DNA of 64,000 nt from Hormiphora californensis (Eukaryota; Animalia; Ctenophora): NCBI GenBank assembly GCA_020137815.1, contig CM035359.1, positions 744,001 through 808,000 of the forward strand. The letters run 5' to 3'. The notes under the pieces are model-generated. The model searched no databases. It had not been told where the DNA came from and saw nothing but the letters and a program-made list of their open reading frames with translations. Shown in pieces: positions 17,599 to 33,113 of this stretch; positions within the stretch are counted from its first letter, which is position 1, and each line of letters opens with the position of its first letter. The position numbers and the translations under genes were made by a program.

Positions 17599-19328
17599 CA
17601 TGCCCCATGTTGTTCTTCTCCTTTGTTCATCACATTGTTCACAGTTCCCTGTTTTGTTCTCTGGCTGTCCCACCCTGTACATGTAGCCTAACACTCGCTG
17701 TCCAGTGTCCACTGTCCCATGTGTCTCCTAATTGTACCATAGCTACCCAGGGTAAAATACCCTTCTTCGTGCCTGAAGATAGTTCTAAAAGCGTCTTCTA
17801 GCTGTAGGGTGAACATATCCTTTTGGTTACTCACACTCACAGTTCAAATACTATACTGACACTGCAGTAACCCCCCCCCCCAGTAACAGCTGTACTACTG
17901 CAAGTGTGTCAATTTACACTTAGAGAAATAATGTTGACATGCTTCTCAGCCTCTCTGCCCCTCAGCTCAAGCTGAGAGGACAGTTAATTACGATAATATA
18001 TTACAAAAATCACAGAATAGTCTTTAATACCTCAGCATGAAGGAAGACTTTATGTTTCTCTTTCTATAACCCTCCCCCCCCCCCCTTACTCAACAACCCC
18101 CCTCTCTTTCTATCTCTTTCTTTTCTTATAGTGTTGGTCTCTAACTTTACGCCTACTTTTTCTCTCCTCAACTCCTGCATATTTTATGACCTTGTTAGCT
18201 CAATAGACCCTGTAGCTTACACGCTGATATAGTTACAGCGGGACATGGTACGCTTTCTATACTTTGGTCTTAGAACCTTTCTATTTGGGGCTTTCTATTT
18301 CAGTGGCCCTGGTTTGGGGAGGGCCAGGGGGTGGGAGGTATGTGTGTTCAGAGAGGTGCAGGAGTTAGGGGGGGGTGAGGTGAAACAGTTGCGACTGAAC
18401 CTCAGATTCAGATTACGACTGTTTTCATAGTGTTTTCAATTTTCATAGTGTTTATCCCTGATACCTGATGTTTCAGGGCTATTTTTGCATTGGTTTATCC
18501 CCTGAAAGTTTCTCTGAAACGTCAGAGAATAGCCGTCACTGAACCCTGAGATCTGAGGTCTCGATGTTAAATAGCCGTGACCTGAACCTGAGATACAGGC
18601 ACGACTGTTTCCCTGAATCTCATCCTTCAAACCAACCTCGTGACTGTTTACACCTGTTATAGGGGGTTGGTTTGAAGGATTTCTTCCTATTTTGTCCAAC
18701 AACGCAGTTCAATTTGAACTGTTTTACAATACCATTCACATGTCTATAGTAGACAAAATATTAATATAAATAGTGGTGCAAAAACTCTCGGAAGCCAGAT
18801 TATAGATTTGACTTCAGTGTCAATTTTGACCCACTTCCTGTGGACCAACTTGTAGTCTTTTGCGAGTCGCAATGCGACAAACCGGATGCAAATCTGTCTG
18901 GCGCCGCGACCCATCTGAGCACACTGTCGCGTTGAGAATCAAATTGGGGTCTGGCGCCGCCAGACAGATGCAAATCGGTTCAGTGGATCGCGTGCAAGAT
19001 CTCTTGAAAGACACGACCCCTTTTTTAGGGGGCGGAGCCGACACCTCTGAGGTCTCAGTGTTAAATAGCCGTGACCTGAACCTGAGATTCAGGAACGACA
19101 TATCCATTATCCCCCCGCCCTATAATAATAGGGTGTAAACACCTGCCGTCCCCCGCCCTATAAAACAAACACCTGCCGTGAAGTTGGAAGCTGAAGATTC
19201 CTTCCTATTTTGTCCAACAACGCAGTTCAATTTGTTTTACAGTACCATTCACATGTCTAGTAGACAGTCTACTATTTTGTCTGTGTTCTCTCACTAACTG
19301 TACAATATGAACTCAAAGCCCTATAGTA

Positions 19329-20813
19329 GGGTCGGTTGTGGGAAGTTGGGTCTGGAATTGTAAATTTGACTTGCTGATATGATTAGGGACTCTATAAAAA
19401 GTCCAAAGTACCATCCCACAGGTCTCTACCACCCCCGGTTCACTAATTAGCCGTAATTATGTGATTTATGACGTTATCGCCAATTAGCACTAATAATACC
19501 AGTTCCTGGTCACTTATTGGCCACATTGATGCCTGAGTGAGATCGAGGTCGCGCAGCGACCGAGATCGATCTCACATCTAGGCCTCCGGCGCGTTATTGA
19601 TTTTAGAGCAAACTTTTTCAAAGACCTGGCTGCAAGGAACTACTGAACCGATTTGCATCTCGTTTGTTGCTCCTGGCAGACAATTGTCTCTATTTTTACG
19701 GAAAATACCCGCGAGTATCAGCATTTGAGGAATAGTGGGTCAAAATTGACGCTAAACATGAGCAATTCTTTAAAGACCTGGCTGCAAGCTCCTACTCGGT
19801 CCTGGGACAATCTGCGGGTACTGGGGGAATCGTCATGGCCTTGTGAGTATGGGAAAATACCCGCCGATTCATCTCGATGCGAAATGATGCCATAATTGAC
19901 CTTTGAGTAGTGCTAGGTCAGCTAAAAAGGTCTCCAAAAACGGTCTATCACGCGCGAACTGCTGAAAACGTGCTTTATATCGCGCGCACGTGAGTTCTTG
20001 CTCTCAACGGACCGGGATCCTATTATTCGCGGAGCGAGAATAGGATGCGATGGATCCAAGGTCACTTAGAGCTTAGATTTTGATACCAGCTGATAGAGGA
20101 TCACTAGATTAGTGGGCATTCAAAATTTTAGGTCGATCAGAGTTATGGTCGAGGAGTTATAACCGTTTTTCCGTTTGGCTGGCGGTTGGCTGGCACCACG
20201 TGGGATTACGGGTTTAGGTCGTCGTGGGAGGTCGTCATTGGTCGCGTTCGATCGGGCTCGATGAGGTGATCAAAACCTAGTGGGGCCAGACCTTGGCCCC
20301 ACCCCATTCTTGGGTTATTAGGCTTTTTCGGTTTTTGCGGGAAAATATTTTTGGCGGGAAACCGAAAAAGCCTAATAACCCAAGAACGGGGTGGGGCCAA
20401 GGTCTGGCCCCACTAGGTTTTGATCACCTCATCGAGCCCGATCGAACGCGACCAATGAGGACCTCCCACGACGACCTAAACCCGTAATCCCACGTGGTGC
20501 CAGCCAACCGCCAGCCAAACGGAAAAAACGGTTATAACTCCTCGACCATAACTCTGATCGACCTAAAATTTTGAATGCCCACTAATCTAGTGATCCTCTA
20601 TCAGCTGGTATCAAAATCTAAGCTCTAAGTGACCAGGAACTGGTATTATTAGTGCTAATTGGCGATAACGTCATAAATCACATAATTACGGCTAATTAGT
20701 GAACCGGGGGTGGTAGAGACCTGTGGGATGGTACTTTGGACTTTTTATAGAGTCCCTAATCATATCAGCAAGTCAAATTTACAATTCCAGACCCAACTTC
20801 CCACAACCGACCC
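19329..20813. mobile_element. Near-perfect palindromic foldback/MITE (TA-flanked) with a nested insertion
   Basis: 19329-19516 plus 20069-~20340 are the reverse complement of ~20350-20813. Termini ta|gggtcggttg ... caaccgaccc|ta. Confidence 0.9.
19517..20059. mobile_element. 543-bp insertion with a 9-bp TSD and terminal hairpins
   Basis: TSD ggtcactta at 19508-19516 and 20060-20068. Absent from the opposite arm of the host palindrome. Ends TTGG...CCAA. Confidence 0.85.
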
Positions 20814-21070
20814 TACTACTAGAAGAAGAAGAGGATTTAGAATGTCTGTAGACATTGTAACCTTCTTCTTCCTCTTCATTTTTTCTAACATGATGGCATT
20901 ACCTCTCACCCCACATCTCGTGCTAGCTGCTCTCTCTCTCTCCCTGATCTCGCTGCTCGCTCAAACTCTTCTCTAACCCTCTCTCTCTCTCTACTCTGAG
21001 CTAGCTCTAGATCTCATCTCTCTCTCTCTCTCCTTCTCTCTCTCTATCTCTCTCTCTCATCTCTCTCTCG

Positions 21071-21129
<59 letters not shown>

Positions 21130-21586
21130 TTTCCTCTCACCCTCTTTCTCTCACCCTCTCTTCTCGTTTTGAATATTCCCGCCGTCATGTCTGCTTTATC
21201 ATTAGAAAGTTATTGAAATCGTCTGTAATGGACATGATGGGGTCGCGCCAGGTGTCTATGTCACCAAGGAATGGACCTCGATGAGCTGGGACTGACTGGG
21301 AAAAGTGCATATTAGACTGTACTTGTTCACCATTGTAGCGAGTCGTTTGTTCGCCATTAAAAACACTGGGTGATACACTGATACCTGCTTGTTCTATCCC
21401 TCCTTTACGGAAAGAGGGTCGAGCAAATACTACTGCATGCAGGCAGCAGTGTGTCGTATAGTAGTTTAGCAGCTACTAGTAGTTTAGGCAGTGCAAGTGT
21501 GTACTGTTTTGTTCCAAGGAAATCCTTGTAAACCTAAACTACTATTCAGTATGCCATCTTTCTTTCTATCTTTCTCTCTCTCTCTA

Positions 21587-22340
21587 GGGTAAGCTGGGGT
21601 AAAATGGCCCGTGGGGTAAAGTGGCCCATGTATGGGGCAAAGTGGCCCTAGTTATTACATGTGGTCACGTGACTTTTTCTCCAGCGGAGACCTGCTCGTT
21701 CTGTTCCGAATTTTCGCTTTAAAACTGCTGTCATTTCTGTTTGGGTTGGCCGATTTTAATTTTGCAAAAACTGCCAGTTAGGCTTTATAATTCTCTAAAA
21801 CGTGGTATAAAAATTTTTGAAGAAATTGGCATTTTTGTTGTCTTAATTGTCAATTTTGTGAAATCGGGGCAAATATGGCCCACTCTCCGGGGCAAAGTGG
21901 TCCGGTCTGGGGCAAAGTGGCCCACCTCTAGGACCAATGAAATGGCGCCTGAAATACCACGTGACATTGGAATGCACAAAAATGTAGTACAGACGATCAA
22001 ATTAGGGGGCAAAGTGGCCCATGTTCCGGTGCAGAACATGGGCCACTTTGCCCCTAGTTTGATCGTTTCGTCTAACAACACCAGGCACGTGATAAAATCG
22101 AGTAATGCTATTGGCTTGGGCCACTTTGCCCCGGTGCAAATTTTCCAAAAAACGCCTCACCAAATTATTTGAATTGATTAATTAACCCATTAAATAAAAC
22201 TTGTAGATTTTAAAATTTAGCTCGGCTGAAAGGAAAAGGTTTCATTGGATAGCCTATATAATTTTTTTTCTTCCTGCTGTATAAATTGCGTATTTTAGAA
22301 CCTAAAACGGTTAAAAAATGGGCCATTTACCCAGCTACCC
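21587..22340. mobile_element. MITE with repeated ggggcaaagtggccc subterminal motifs
   Basis: TIR gggtaagctggggtaaaatggccc / gggccatttacccagctaccc. The motif occurs in both orientations internally. Confidence 0.8.
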
Positions 22341-22882
22341 TTAGCTAGACCAAAAAAAAAAAAAAAAAAAAATAGAGAGAGGAAGAGAGAAGAGAGAGAA
22401 AGAGCAGAGATCTTCTCCTTCTCTTCTCTCTCTCTCGCTCTCTCGAGAAGAGGAGATGAGAGAGAGAAGAGAGAGAGAGAGAGATCCTCTCCCTCTCTCT
22501 CTCTCTTCTCCACTCTTTGTTTGTGATATGCACATATTACGTTGTGCATGTTTTAAGAAGAAGTGTGTGGCTAAGTAAGTGTGGCTTAGTTCGCCCGAAA
22601 GATAGTATTTTGTGTGACTACGCCCGAAATGCCTTTATTGCGATCGAAAGAGGCTCTGATTATACACTTTGACTTATGAATTAGTTTCTGTTAGTATTCT
22701 GTTCCTCATCACCCTATTTTGGCTTATAATGTTGTTGTACGTAGTCGAGGGGGAGAGGGACCTCAGAGCTGTTGTCGACATTGTTTCAGTTTGTTTATCC
22801 ACACCCCATTGTACATTGTACAACCCCATCCCTGCAGCAGTCAGCTAGTGCAATTACAGTATCATGATAAGATAATGTTAAG

Positions 22883-24530
<1,648 letters not shown>

Positions 24531-24684
24531 GTGTCTGTGTGTCATAGAAAATACCTGAGTTAGTGAGCAGGTCACTTTTTGGGTTGCCCGGGAGTTTAAT
24601 CTGTTTTAGGAAACTGAGAGTATTTGAAATTGTTGGGTGTCTGACAATTGTAATAATGGAGTACACGTGTCTAACAATTGTATA

Positions 24685-25904
24685 GGGTAGCGACTGGCTA
24701 TTTGAAACACTTTTTCACTTTTTTCCTTTGTGTGTCCTCAAATCAAGTTGAACCCAATTTTTTCACGCTATGTTACCGAGACAGTCCCAGGGTAGTTTGG
24801 AGTGGTTTGAGATGTCTCATTTTGTCTTCCGGGGTCAGGGTCACATGATATATACATACCCAAATTTGGTGTTTCAATTAGCCCGCCTCAGTCTGCTAAT
24901 TTGAAACACCTGTATCTCCCTCAATTTGTCCACGAAACCGAAATTTTTGACCTGAAATAGTTAGAAAAGGGTTGTACTGAGCCATTCCATGTCTGAAATC
25001 TGAATTTTTTTGCATGTGCTTGGTGCAGTGAATGTTTCCAAAAAGTGTTTCAAATAGCCAGGAAAACAGTTTTTGTCCCAAATTCGGCCAATTTTAGGAG
25101 GAAATGGCTAAATTCATAATTCATATCCTCCCTATGCTCAAAATGAACATCAAACATTTCCGACAGCGGATTTGGAGAAAAGTGTTTCAAATAGCCCTCC
25201 GCGGTGTTTCAAGTTACCAGAATCGCTTGCCCAGCAATAAGCTTGCCGGTTTAGACCTGCTAAATTGGTGTTGCTTGTTTAAACAAGGTACCAGAGGGCA
25301 CGCACACTGCACAGACTGACCATACTTGACCATGACCACATTTGGTCAAGATTTTGACCAAGTCGCACAGACATACCAAATTTGATCATTTGACCAAGCT
25401 TGGAGAGTAAAACCTGAAACTAATTCATAAGATATAGTGAAAACAACTGAACCCGACTAATTTCGATACGCTGAATCACGTAAGCAACTTTTCCAGCCCC
25501 TCAGAGGTCGATAAATTACCGTACTTGAGTATAATTGGGTCTAATTGGCCTTAATTGCTCAATTAAGGCACTTTCTCGACCTCTGAGGGATTGTAAAGGT
25601 TGCTTACGTGATTCAACGTATCAAAATTAGTCGGAAAAGTGCCCTCACATGTGCATCTATCAATTTCAGGTGAAAAGTTGTAAATGGGGTCATCAAGACC
25701 CAATTATGCTCAATTAGGACACTTTCCCGATCTCAGACAGATTGGAAAAGTTGCTTACGTGATTCAGCGTATCAAAATTAGTCGGGTTCAGTGGTTAGAC
25801 AAGCTATAATACACACGGGGCACTTCAAATAGCCAGTCCACCTGTTTCAAATAGCCAGACACTGTTTCAAATTGGCAGACGTTTCAAATAGCCAGTCGCT
25901 ACCC
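24685..25904. mobile_element. 1.2-kb TA-TSD non-autonomous DNA transposon inserted in the first unit of the 43-bp satellite
   Basis: TIR gggtagcgactggctatttgaaac / gtttcaaatagccagtcgctaccc splits the unit attgtaTA|TActttcag. It contains a partial copy (~25297-25797) of the 52031-52797 family. Confidence 0.88.
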
Positions 25905-28900
25905 TACTTTCAGAGGCCATGGAGTACACGTGTGGCTGACAATTGTATACTTTCAGAGGCCATGGAGTACACGTGTGGCTGACAATTGTATACTTTCAGA
26001 GGCCATGGAGTACACGTGTGGCTGACAATTGTATACTTTCAGAGGCCATGGAGTACACGTGTGGCTGACAATTGTATACTTTCAGAGGCCATGGAGTACA
26101 CGTGTGGCTGACAATTGTATACTTTCAGAGGCCATGGAGTACACGTGTGGCTGACAATTGTATACTTTCAGAGGCCATGGAGTACACGTGTGTCTGACAA
26201 TTGTATACTTTCAGAGGCCATGGAGTACACGTGTGGCTGACAATTGTATACTTTCAGAGGCCATGGAGTACACGTGTCTGACAATTGTATACTTTCAGAG
26301 GCCATGGAGTACACGTGTGGCTGACAATTGTATACTTTCAGAGGCCATGGAGTACACGTGTGGCTGACAATTGTATACTTTCAGAGGCCATGGAGTACAC
26401 GTGTCTGACAATTGTATACTTTCAGAGGCCATGGAGTACACGTGTGTCTGACAATTGTATACTTTCAGAGGCCATGGAGTACACGTGTGGCTGACAATTG
26501 TATACTTTCAGAGGCCATGGAGTACACGTGTGGCTGACAATTGTATACTTTCAGAGGCCATGGAGTACACGTGTGTCTGACAATTGTATACTTTCAGAGG
26601 CCATGGAGTACACGTGTGGCTGACAATTGTATACTTTCAGAGGCCATGGAGTACACGTGTGTCTGACAATTGTATACTTTCAGAGGCCATGGAGTACACG
26701 TGTGGCTGACAATTGTATACTTTCAGAGGCCATGGAGTACACGTGTGTCTGACAATTGTATACTTTCAGAGGCCATGGAGTACACTTGTGGCTGACAATT
26801 GTATACTTTCAGAGGCCATGGAGTACACGTGTGGCTGACAATTGTATACTTTCAGAGGCCATGGAGTACACGTGTGGCTGACAATTGTATACTTTCAGAG
26901 GCCATGGAGTACACGTGTGTCTGACAATTGTATACTTTCAGAGGCCATGGAGTACACGTGTGTCTGACAATTGTATACTTTCAGAGGCCATGGAGTACAC
27001 GTGGCTGACAATTGTATACTTTCAGAGGCCATGGAGTACACGTGTCTGACAATTGTATACTTTCAGAGGCCATGGAGTACACGTGTGGCTGACAATTGTA
27101 TACTTTCAGAGGCCATGGAGTACACGTGTGGCTGACAATTGTATACTTTCAGAGGCCATGGAGTACACGTGTGTCTGACAATTGTATACTTTCAGAGGCC
27201 ATGGAGTACACGTGTGGCTGACAATTGTATACTTTCAGAGGCCATGGAGTACACGTGTGTCTGACAATTGTATACTTTCAGAGGCCATGGAGTACACGTG
27301 TCTGACAATTGTATACTTTCAGAGGCCATGGAGTACACGTGTCTGACAATTGTATACTTTCAGAGGCCATGGAGTACACGTGTCTGACAATTGTATACTT
27401 TCAGAGGCCATGGAGTACACGTGTGGCTGACAATTGTATACTTTCAGAGGCCATGGAGTACACGTGTCTGACAATTGTATACTTTCAGAGGCCATGGAGT
27501 ACACGTGTGGCTGACAATTGTATACTTTCAGAGGCCATGGAGTACACGTGTGGCTGACAATTGTATACTTTCAGAGGTCATGGAGTACACGTGTGGCTGA
27601 CAATTGTATACTTTCAGAGGCCATGGAGTACACGTGTGTCTGACAATTGTATACTTTTAGAGGCCATGGAGTATAACACGTGTGGCTGACAATTGTATAC
27701 TTTCAGAGGCCATGGAGTACACGTGTGTCTGACAATTGTATACTTTCAGAGGCCATGGAGTACACGTGTGGCTGACAATTGTATACTTTCAGAGGCCATG
27801 GAGTACACGTGTGGCTGACAATTGTATACTTTCAGAGGCCATGGAGTACACGTGTGGCTGACAATTGTATACTTTCAGAGGCCATGGAGTACACGTGTGG
27901 CTGACAATTGTATACTTTCAGAGGCCATGGAGTACACGTGTGTCTGACAATTGTATACTTTCAGAGGCCATGGAGTACACGTGTGGCTGACAATTGTATA
28001 CTTTCAGAGGCCATGGAGTACACGTGTCTGACAATTGTATACTTTCAGAGGCCATGGAGTACACGTGTGGCTGACAATTGTATACTTTCAGAGGCCATGG
28101 AGTACACGTGTGTCTGACAATTGTATACTTTCAGAGGCCATGGAGTACACGTGTGGCTGACAATTGTATACTTTCAGAGGCCATGGAGTACACGTGTGGC
28201 TGACAATTGTATACTTTCAGAGGCCATGGAGTACACGTGTGGCTGACAATTGTATACTTTCAGAGGCCATGGAGTACACGTGTGGCTGACAATTGTATAC
28301 TTTCAGAGGCCATGGAGTACACGTGTGGCTGACAATTGTATACTTTCAGAGGCCATGGAGTACACGTGGCTGACAATTGTATACTTTCAGAGGCCATGGA
28401 GTACACGTGTGGCTGACAATTGTATACTTTCAGAGGCCATGGAGTACACGTGTGTCTGACAATTGTATACTTTCAGAGGCCATGGAGTACACGTGTGTCT
28501 GACAATTGTATACTTTCAGAGGCCATGGAGTACACGTGTGGCTGACAATTGTATACTTTCAGAGGCCATGGAGTACACGTGTGGCTGACAATTGTATACT
28601 TTCAGAGGCCATGGAGTACACGTGTGGCTGACAATTGTATACTTTCAGAGGCCATGGAGTACACGTGTGGCTGACAATTGTATACTTTCAGAGGCCATGG
28701 AGTACACGTGTGGCTGACAATTGTATACTTTCAGAGGCCATGGAGTACACGTGTGTCTGACAATTGTATACTTTCAGAGGCCATGGAGTACACGTGGCTG
28801 ACAATTGTATACTTTCAGAGGCCATGGAGTACACGTGTGTCTGACAATTGTATACTTTCAGAGGCCATGGAGTACACGTGTGGCTGACAATTGTATACTT

Positions 28901-29095
28901 TCAGAGGCCATGGAGTACACGTGTGGCTGACAATTGTATACTTTCAGAGGCCATGGAGTACACGTGTGGCTGACAATTGTATACTTTCAGAGGCCATGGA
29001 GTACACGTGTGGCTGACAATTGTATACTTTCAGAGGCCATGGAGTACACGTGTGGCTGACAATTGTATACTTTCAGAGGCCATGGAGTACACGTG
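25905..29095 (+). repeat. 41/43-bp satellite (~74 units) equal to a splice acceptor plus ATG of the downstream exon
   Basis: Unit gacaattgtatactttcagaggccatggagtacacgtgtggct, with variants gtgtgtct, gtgtct and gtggct. The last unit runs into unique exon sequence. Confidence 0.95.
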
Positions 29096-29491
29096 TTTTC
29101 AAGTTTGTGTGATAATTCCCGCGCTTCCAAAATCAGCAACATTTAGAAGATGGCTGCCGAAACATCGACATATTCTTTTTGGTCACTTTGGTTACTGGTA
29201 AGTATGTCAGTTTCCAATTTGAAGAGGAGGGGAGAGGGAAATTAAATGGTACTACGTCACTCACTCTTGAAGTAATACTGTATAATAATAGTAGGGTGCT
29301 AAATATTGGTAAATACTGTCGGAGAGAGAATGTTCGACCAAGTTACGGCATCTACCCTCCAGGATATAGTGGCTATCTTGTACAATAACTACCCCTCCCC
29401 CCCCCCCCAGGATAGTGGCTATACTAGTAACGGCAGCTGTTGGCTCCATTAAATCTATCTACTGTACTCGCATGGAGATATACTTGCAATT
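29077..29491 (+). CDS. Two putative exons of an unidentified membrane protein (ATG at 29082)
   Basis: 29077-29197 (tttcag| ... |gtaagt) and 29411-29491 (ccag| ... |gtgagt) join in phase 2: MEYTCFQVCVIIPALPKSATFRRWLPKHRHILFGHFGYWIVAILVTAAVGSIKSIYCTRMEIYLQ. Confidence 0.55.
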
Positions 29492-29505
29492 GTGAGTACT
29501 AAATC

Positions 29506-30714
29506 AGAGAGATCACAATTAAGTACTGCTGTAGAAATATTAGGTCATCCAATATTGATCTGGACTGGGTTATTGTGAGAGAACGGTATCAGTTAGAGTC
29601 AAGCTGCCGGTTTTAGCGTCTTCCTTGGATATTTTTGGGTTGGACTAGCATGGTGGGAGCCTTCACATGCCTGCTCTATGGTCTCACATGCAATGAGTTT
29701 AGGCATTACTCCAGTTGCCGCTTTACGCAAGAATAAACTGTGGCACTATGGAAGATTGAATATGTAATGACATTTTGTCTATTGGGGATAGATGATCGGT
29801 TTGACCGTTGTTCCTAGATCAATTTTTAAGCCCGAACACGATGCAACCAAAATTGAAGCTTTTACATTCCATCTTCACTCTCAAAAATTGGCTTTTTGTC
29901 AAAAGTTCGTCTAACGCACTTAATGCCCGTTTTTGTACGTTTTAGACGTCTAAATGACATGAATCGAACGTTAAATGTTAGCTAGTACAATTGTCTAGGT
30001 CCAATGTGAGTTTTATTACGATCGATCAATGGATACTTAGCTCATGGCGGCTTTTTTCAACATGACTAAAAAGTTTGAAAATTCAGCTTATCCAAACCTT
30101 GCGAAAATCACTTCCAAGTGCTAGAAATTTTATCCAAAAATTTCAGGAAGGTTCATGGAATACCTCAAGCCATTTGATAAGACACATATACGCTCCAGTT
30201 GCAGATTGGAGGCTGGCTCCAGTTTCTGGCGCCAGCCTCCAGTCTGCAACTGGCGCAAGCTGGGAGAGTCCCTGTGCGCGCCAAATCTTCGTTGACTAGC
30301 AGGGTTTTCGATGTGAATTGCATGTAAAGTAGCGCGCGCGGCAGTGTCAGCAGTGTCAGCAGGGGCCTGCTTCATTGTAACTAACGTCAGTCGCAAAATC
30401 TCTAACTGGACCCATAGGGTTAAGAACCGTCCAAATTATCCGGAAGTAGGTCTAATTGGTCCAAAATTGAGTTGGAAAATGGCGTAAAGCGGCAACTAGA
30501 GTAATGCCTAAACTCATTGCCTGTGATACCATAGAGCAGGCATGTGAAGGCTCCCACCATGCTAGTCAAACCCAAAAATATCCAAGGAAGACGCTGGAAC
30601 CGGCCGCTTGGCTCTATCTGATACCGTTCTCTCACAACAACCCAGTCCAGATCAATATTGGATGACCTAATATGTTATCTATGATATCTGTATGGCTGTA
30701 ATTGTGATCTCTCT
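29506..30714. mobile_element. 1.2-kb element with ~220-bp inverted termini
   Basis: 29537-29728 is the inverted match of 30482-30673. Outer IR agagagatcacaatta / taattgtgatctctct. Confidence 0.8.
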
Positions 30715-31560
30715 CCATCTCTCACACTAGCAATACCTCTATTAACCCCCCCCCCCCTAGTAACCCCATGGCCCATAGTACCCCCTAAAAACCCTGAAAA
30801 CCCCCTAAAAACCCCCTAAAAAACCCCTGGTAACCCCCTAGTACCCCTAATAACCCCTATTAACCCCCTAGTACCCCCTATTAACCCCCTAGTAACCCCC
30901 TAGTACCCCTATTAACCCCCTAGTACCCCCTATTAACCCCCTAGTAACGCCCTAGTACCCCCTAGTAACGGACACCCATACCGACGCCCATAGTTCGGTG
31001 GGAATCGAATTTTTTTAAAAACCAGTTTGTCTTAAACTCGAACCATTACGATTGTAATAGTTTTATAGCCTTGATCGTATTCCACGAAAGTGATGTAATT
31101 GTCAACTGTCAACTTGTTCAGCTTGAATAAAACCTTTTAAATACCAGCTTTAATCGGCTTGACATGTAATCAATGGAGACCATAGTTCATTAGTAAATTA
31201 AATACACGTCATTCATGACTGTTTTAAAAATTCTGAATTTTTTTTCATTCCAAAATCATCTTTCGTAATCCTCTTAGTTTTCAAGATAATATGGTTTTTA
31301 GAACATTCAAATATTTAATAAACATCATTGCATATAGAGCTGTCAGGCCAATGCTCTGACCACAGTTCTCGTGCGAAATGAGAATAGGGTCCCGGTCAGG
31401 CCAATGCTCTGATAGATCTAGCATAGCTAGATGTACAGTTAATTGAAGAATTGGAGATAACCACTAGCAATAAAATACAAATTCAAATGTGATATGAATT
31501 AAAATACTTTTCATTAACTTCAATAAAAAACTAAATCAACTCAGATCTTACACGGGGGGG

Positions 31561-31770
31561 GGGACTACGGGGGCTCGAAAGGAGAGCCCGAATAGGTCGC
31601 CCGAAAGATTCATCTGTGATTACGTTTCACCACACTTTCACTTTCAGAAGGCACTTATATGCGTCACGTGCATGTGCCTTCTGTGTGGTGAAAGTATGGT
31701 TTCACGTAATGTGCAAATAGATCTTTCGGGCGATCTATTCGGGGATTTCTTTTGGGCCCCCGTAATCCAC
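31561..31770. mobile_element. Degenerate MITE
   Basis: ggactacggggg...gaataggtcgcccgaaagat / atctttcgggcgatctattc...cccccgtaatcc. Confidence 0.55.
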
Positions 31771-33113
31771 TGCCTTAGGGCCGGGAAGTTTTAATTTTAG
31801 CCTTTTTGTTTGGTTTTCTAATCTGGCTTTTCGATTATACTTATAAAAACTATCTAGGTCAAACAGCTGGGTCAAACAGTTTTAAAAAGTCTTATTTTTG
31901 CTGATCCTGATCAATCAAATATTTTTATTAATAATATTATTAATATTTTACTGATTTATAGTCCTGCTAACTAATTAAATAGTCAATTGACACAGTTGGA
32001 AGTCCTCTTGATCTCCTGATAAATTAAGGAGGACTCTCTCTCCTGATAAATTAACGTTTAGGGAGGGCTCTCTCCTGATAAATTAGGGAGGGCTCTCTCC
32101 AGATGATTCACCTCCACTTTCGTTCTGAAGCCGAGAAATAATGTTGATCTGATCCCTAAGAGATACAGTGGGTCAAAAAGGAACAGAAGTAATGATGTAC
32201 ATTAAAACATATGTTGAAATAATATAATTCTTGGCTATTCCCTGGAATTTTCCCTGAGGAATAGCCGTCACTGAGCGCTGAGAACTGAGGTCTCAGGGAA
32301 TAGCCGTCATTGAGGAATCCCTACTTCCATACCAATACCCTCCATACCAACATCCTCCATACCACATAGGTATGGAGGGTGTTGGTATGGAGGCGTTTTG
32401 TGAGGTTTAGTGACCTCCATACCAACTCATAGATTATTATTAGAGAGTTGGTATGGAGGGTATTAAAGACTCTATAACGCTTCCATACCAACTCGACACA
32501 TCCATACCAACTTGTGAAAACCTTGATTTCCGTGTGTAAGCAACCGTCAATTAGAGCCGACCCGATGTACGATTCAATTACACGATTCGTATCACGATAC
32601 GGGATTCAAATGGCTTCGGCCTTCGTTTTGGGTGGGGAATATAAGCGAGCTTTTAGTTGAATGCTGATAGCCTTCTATTCTACCAATACTGTGAGTTTGG
32701 TATGGGGACGTTTTGATACTCAAACAGTGAGAATTTTTAGAGCAAAGAACTGCCAGTGGTGCTGATTGAAAGAACAAATTGTATTATACAATCAAATTAC
32801 AGTTAAACCTGGCTTTACCGACTTATTCAGGGAAATGGTTCTGCACGTTATATCGAGGTGTCAGGTGCACGGTATATCGGGGACAGAGGTGCACTGTATT
32901 TGGAGGTAAATGATCCCAATTAATACTAAGTCCATGGTATTATGGACTCAGTGCTAATGAGACGTGAGAAAATATAGTCTTAGAGCGGTTCTAATTACAC
33001 AATGTCTGTATGTAAGCGCATTGGCGAGACGATCAATATATATAAATACCAATATCCCAGTGCTACGGTTAATATTCGAAAAGTTGTCCTGAAACCTATC
33101 TGTTTCTTTGTTT

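Noticed and set aside
25905-29095. CRISPR-like array
   Set aside because: Contiguous tandem units with no unique spacers, no cas genes, and a eukaryotic context.
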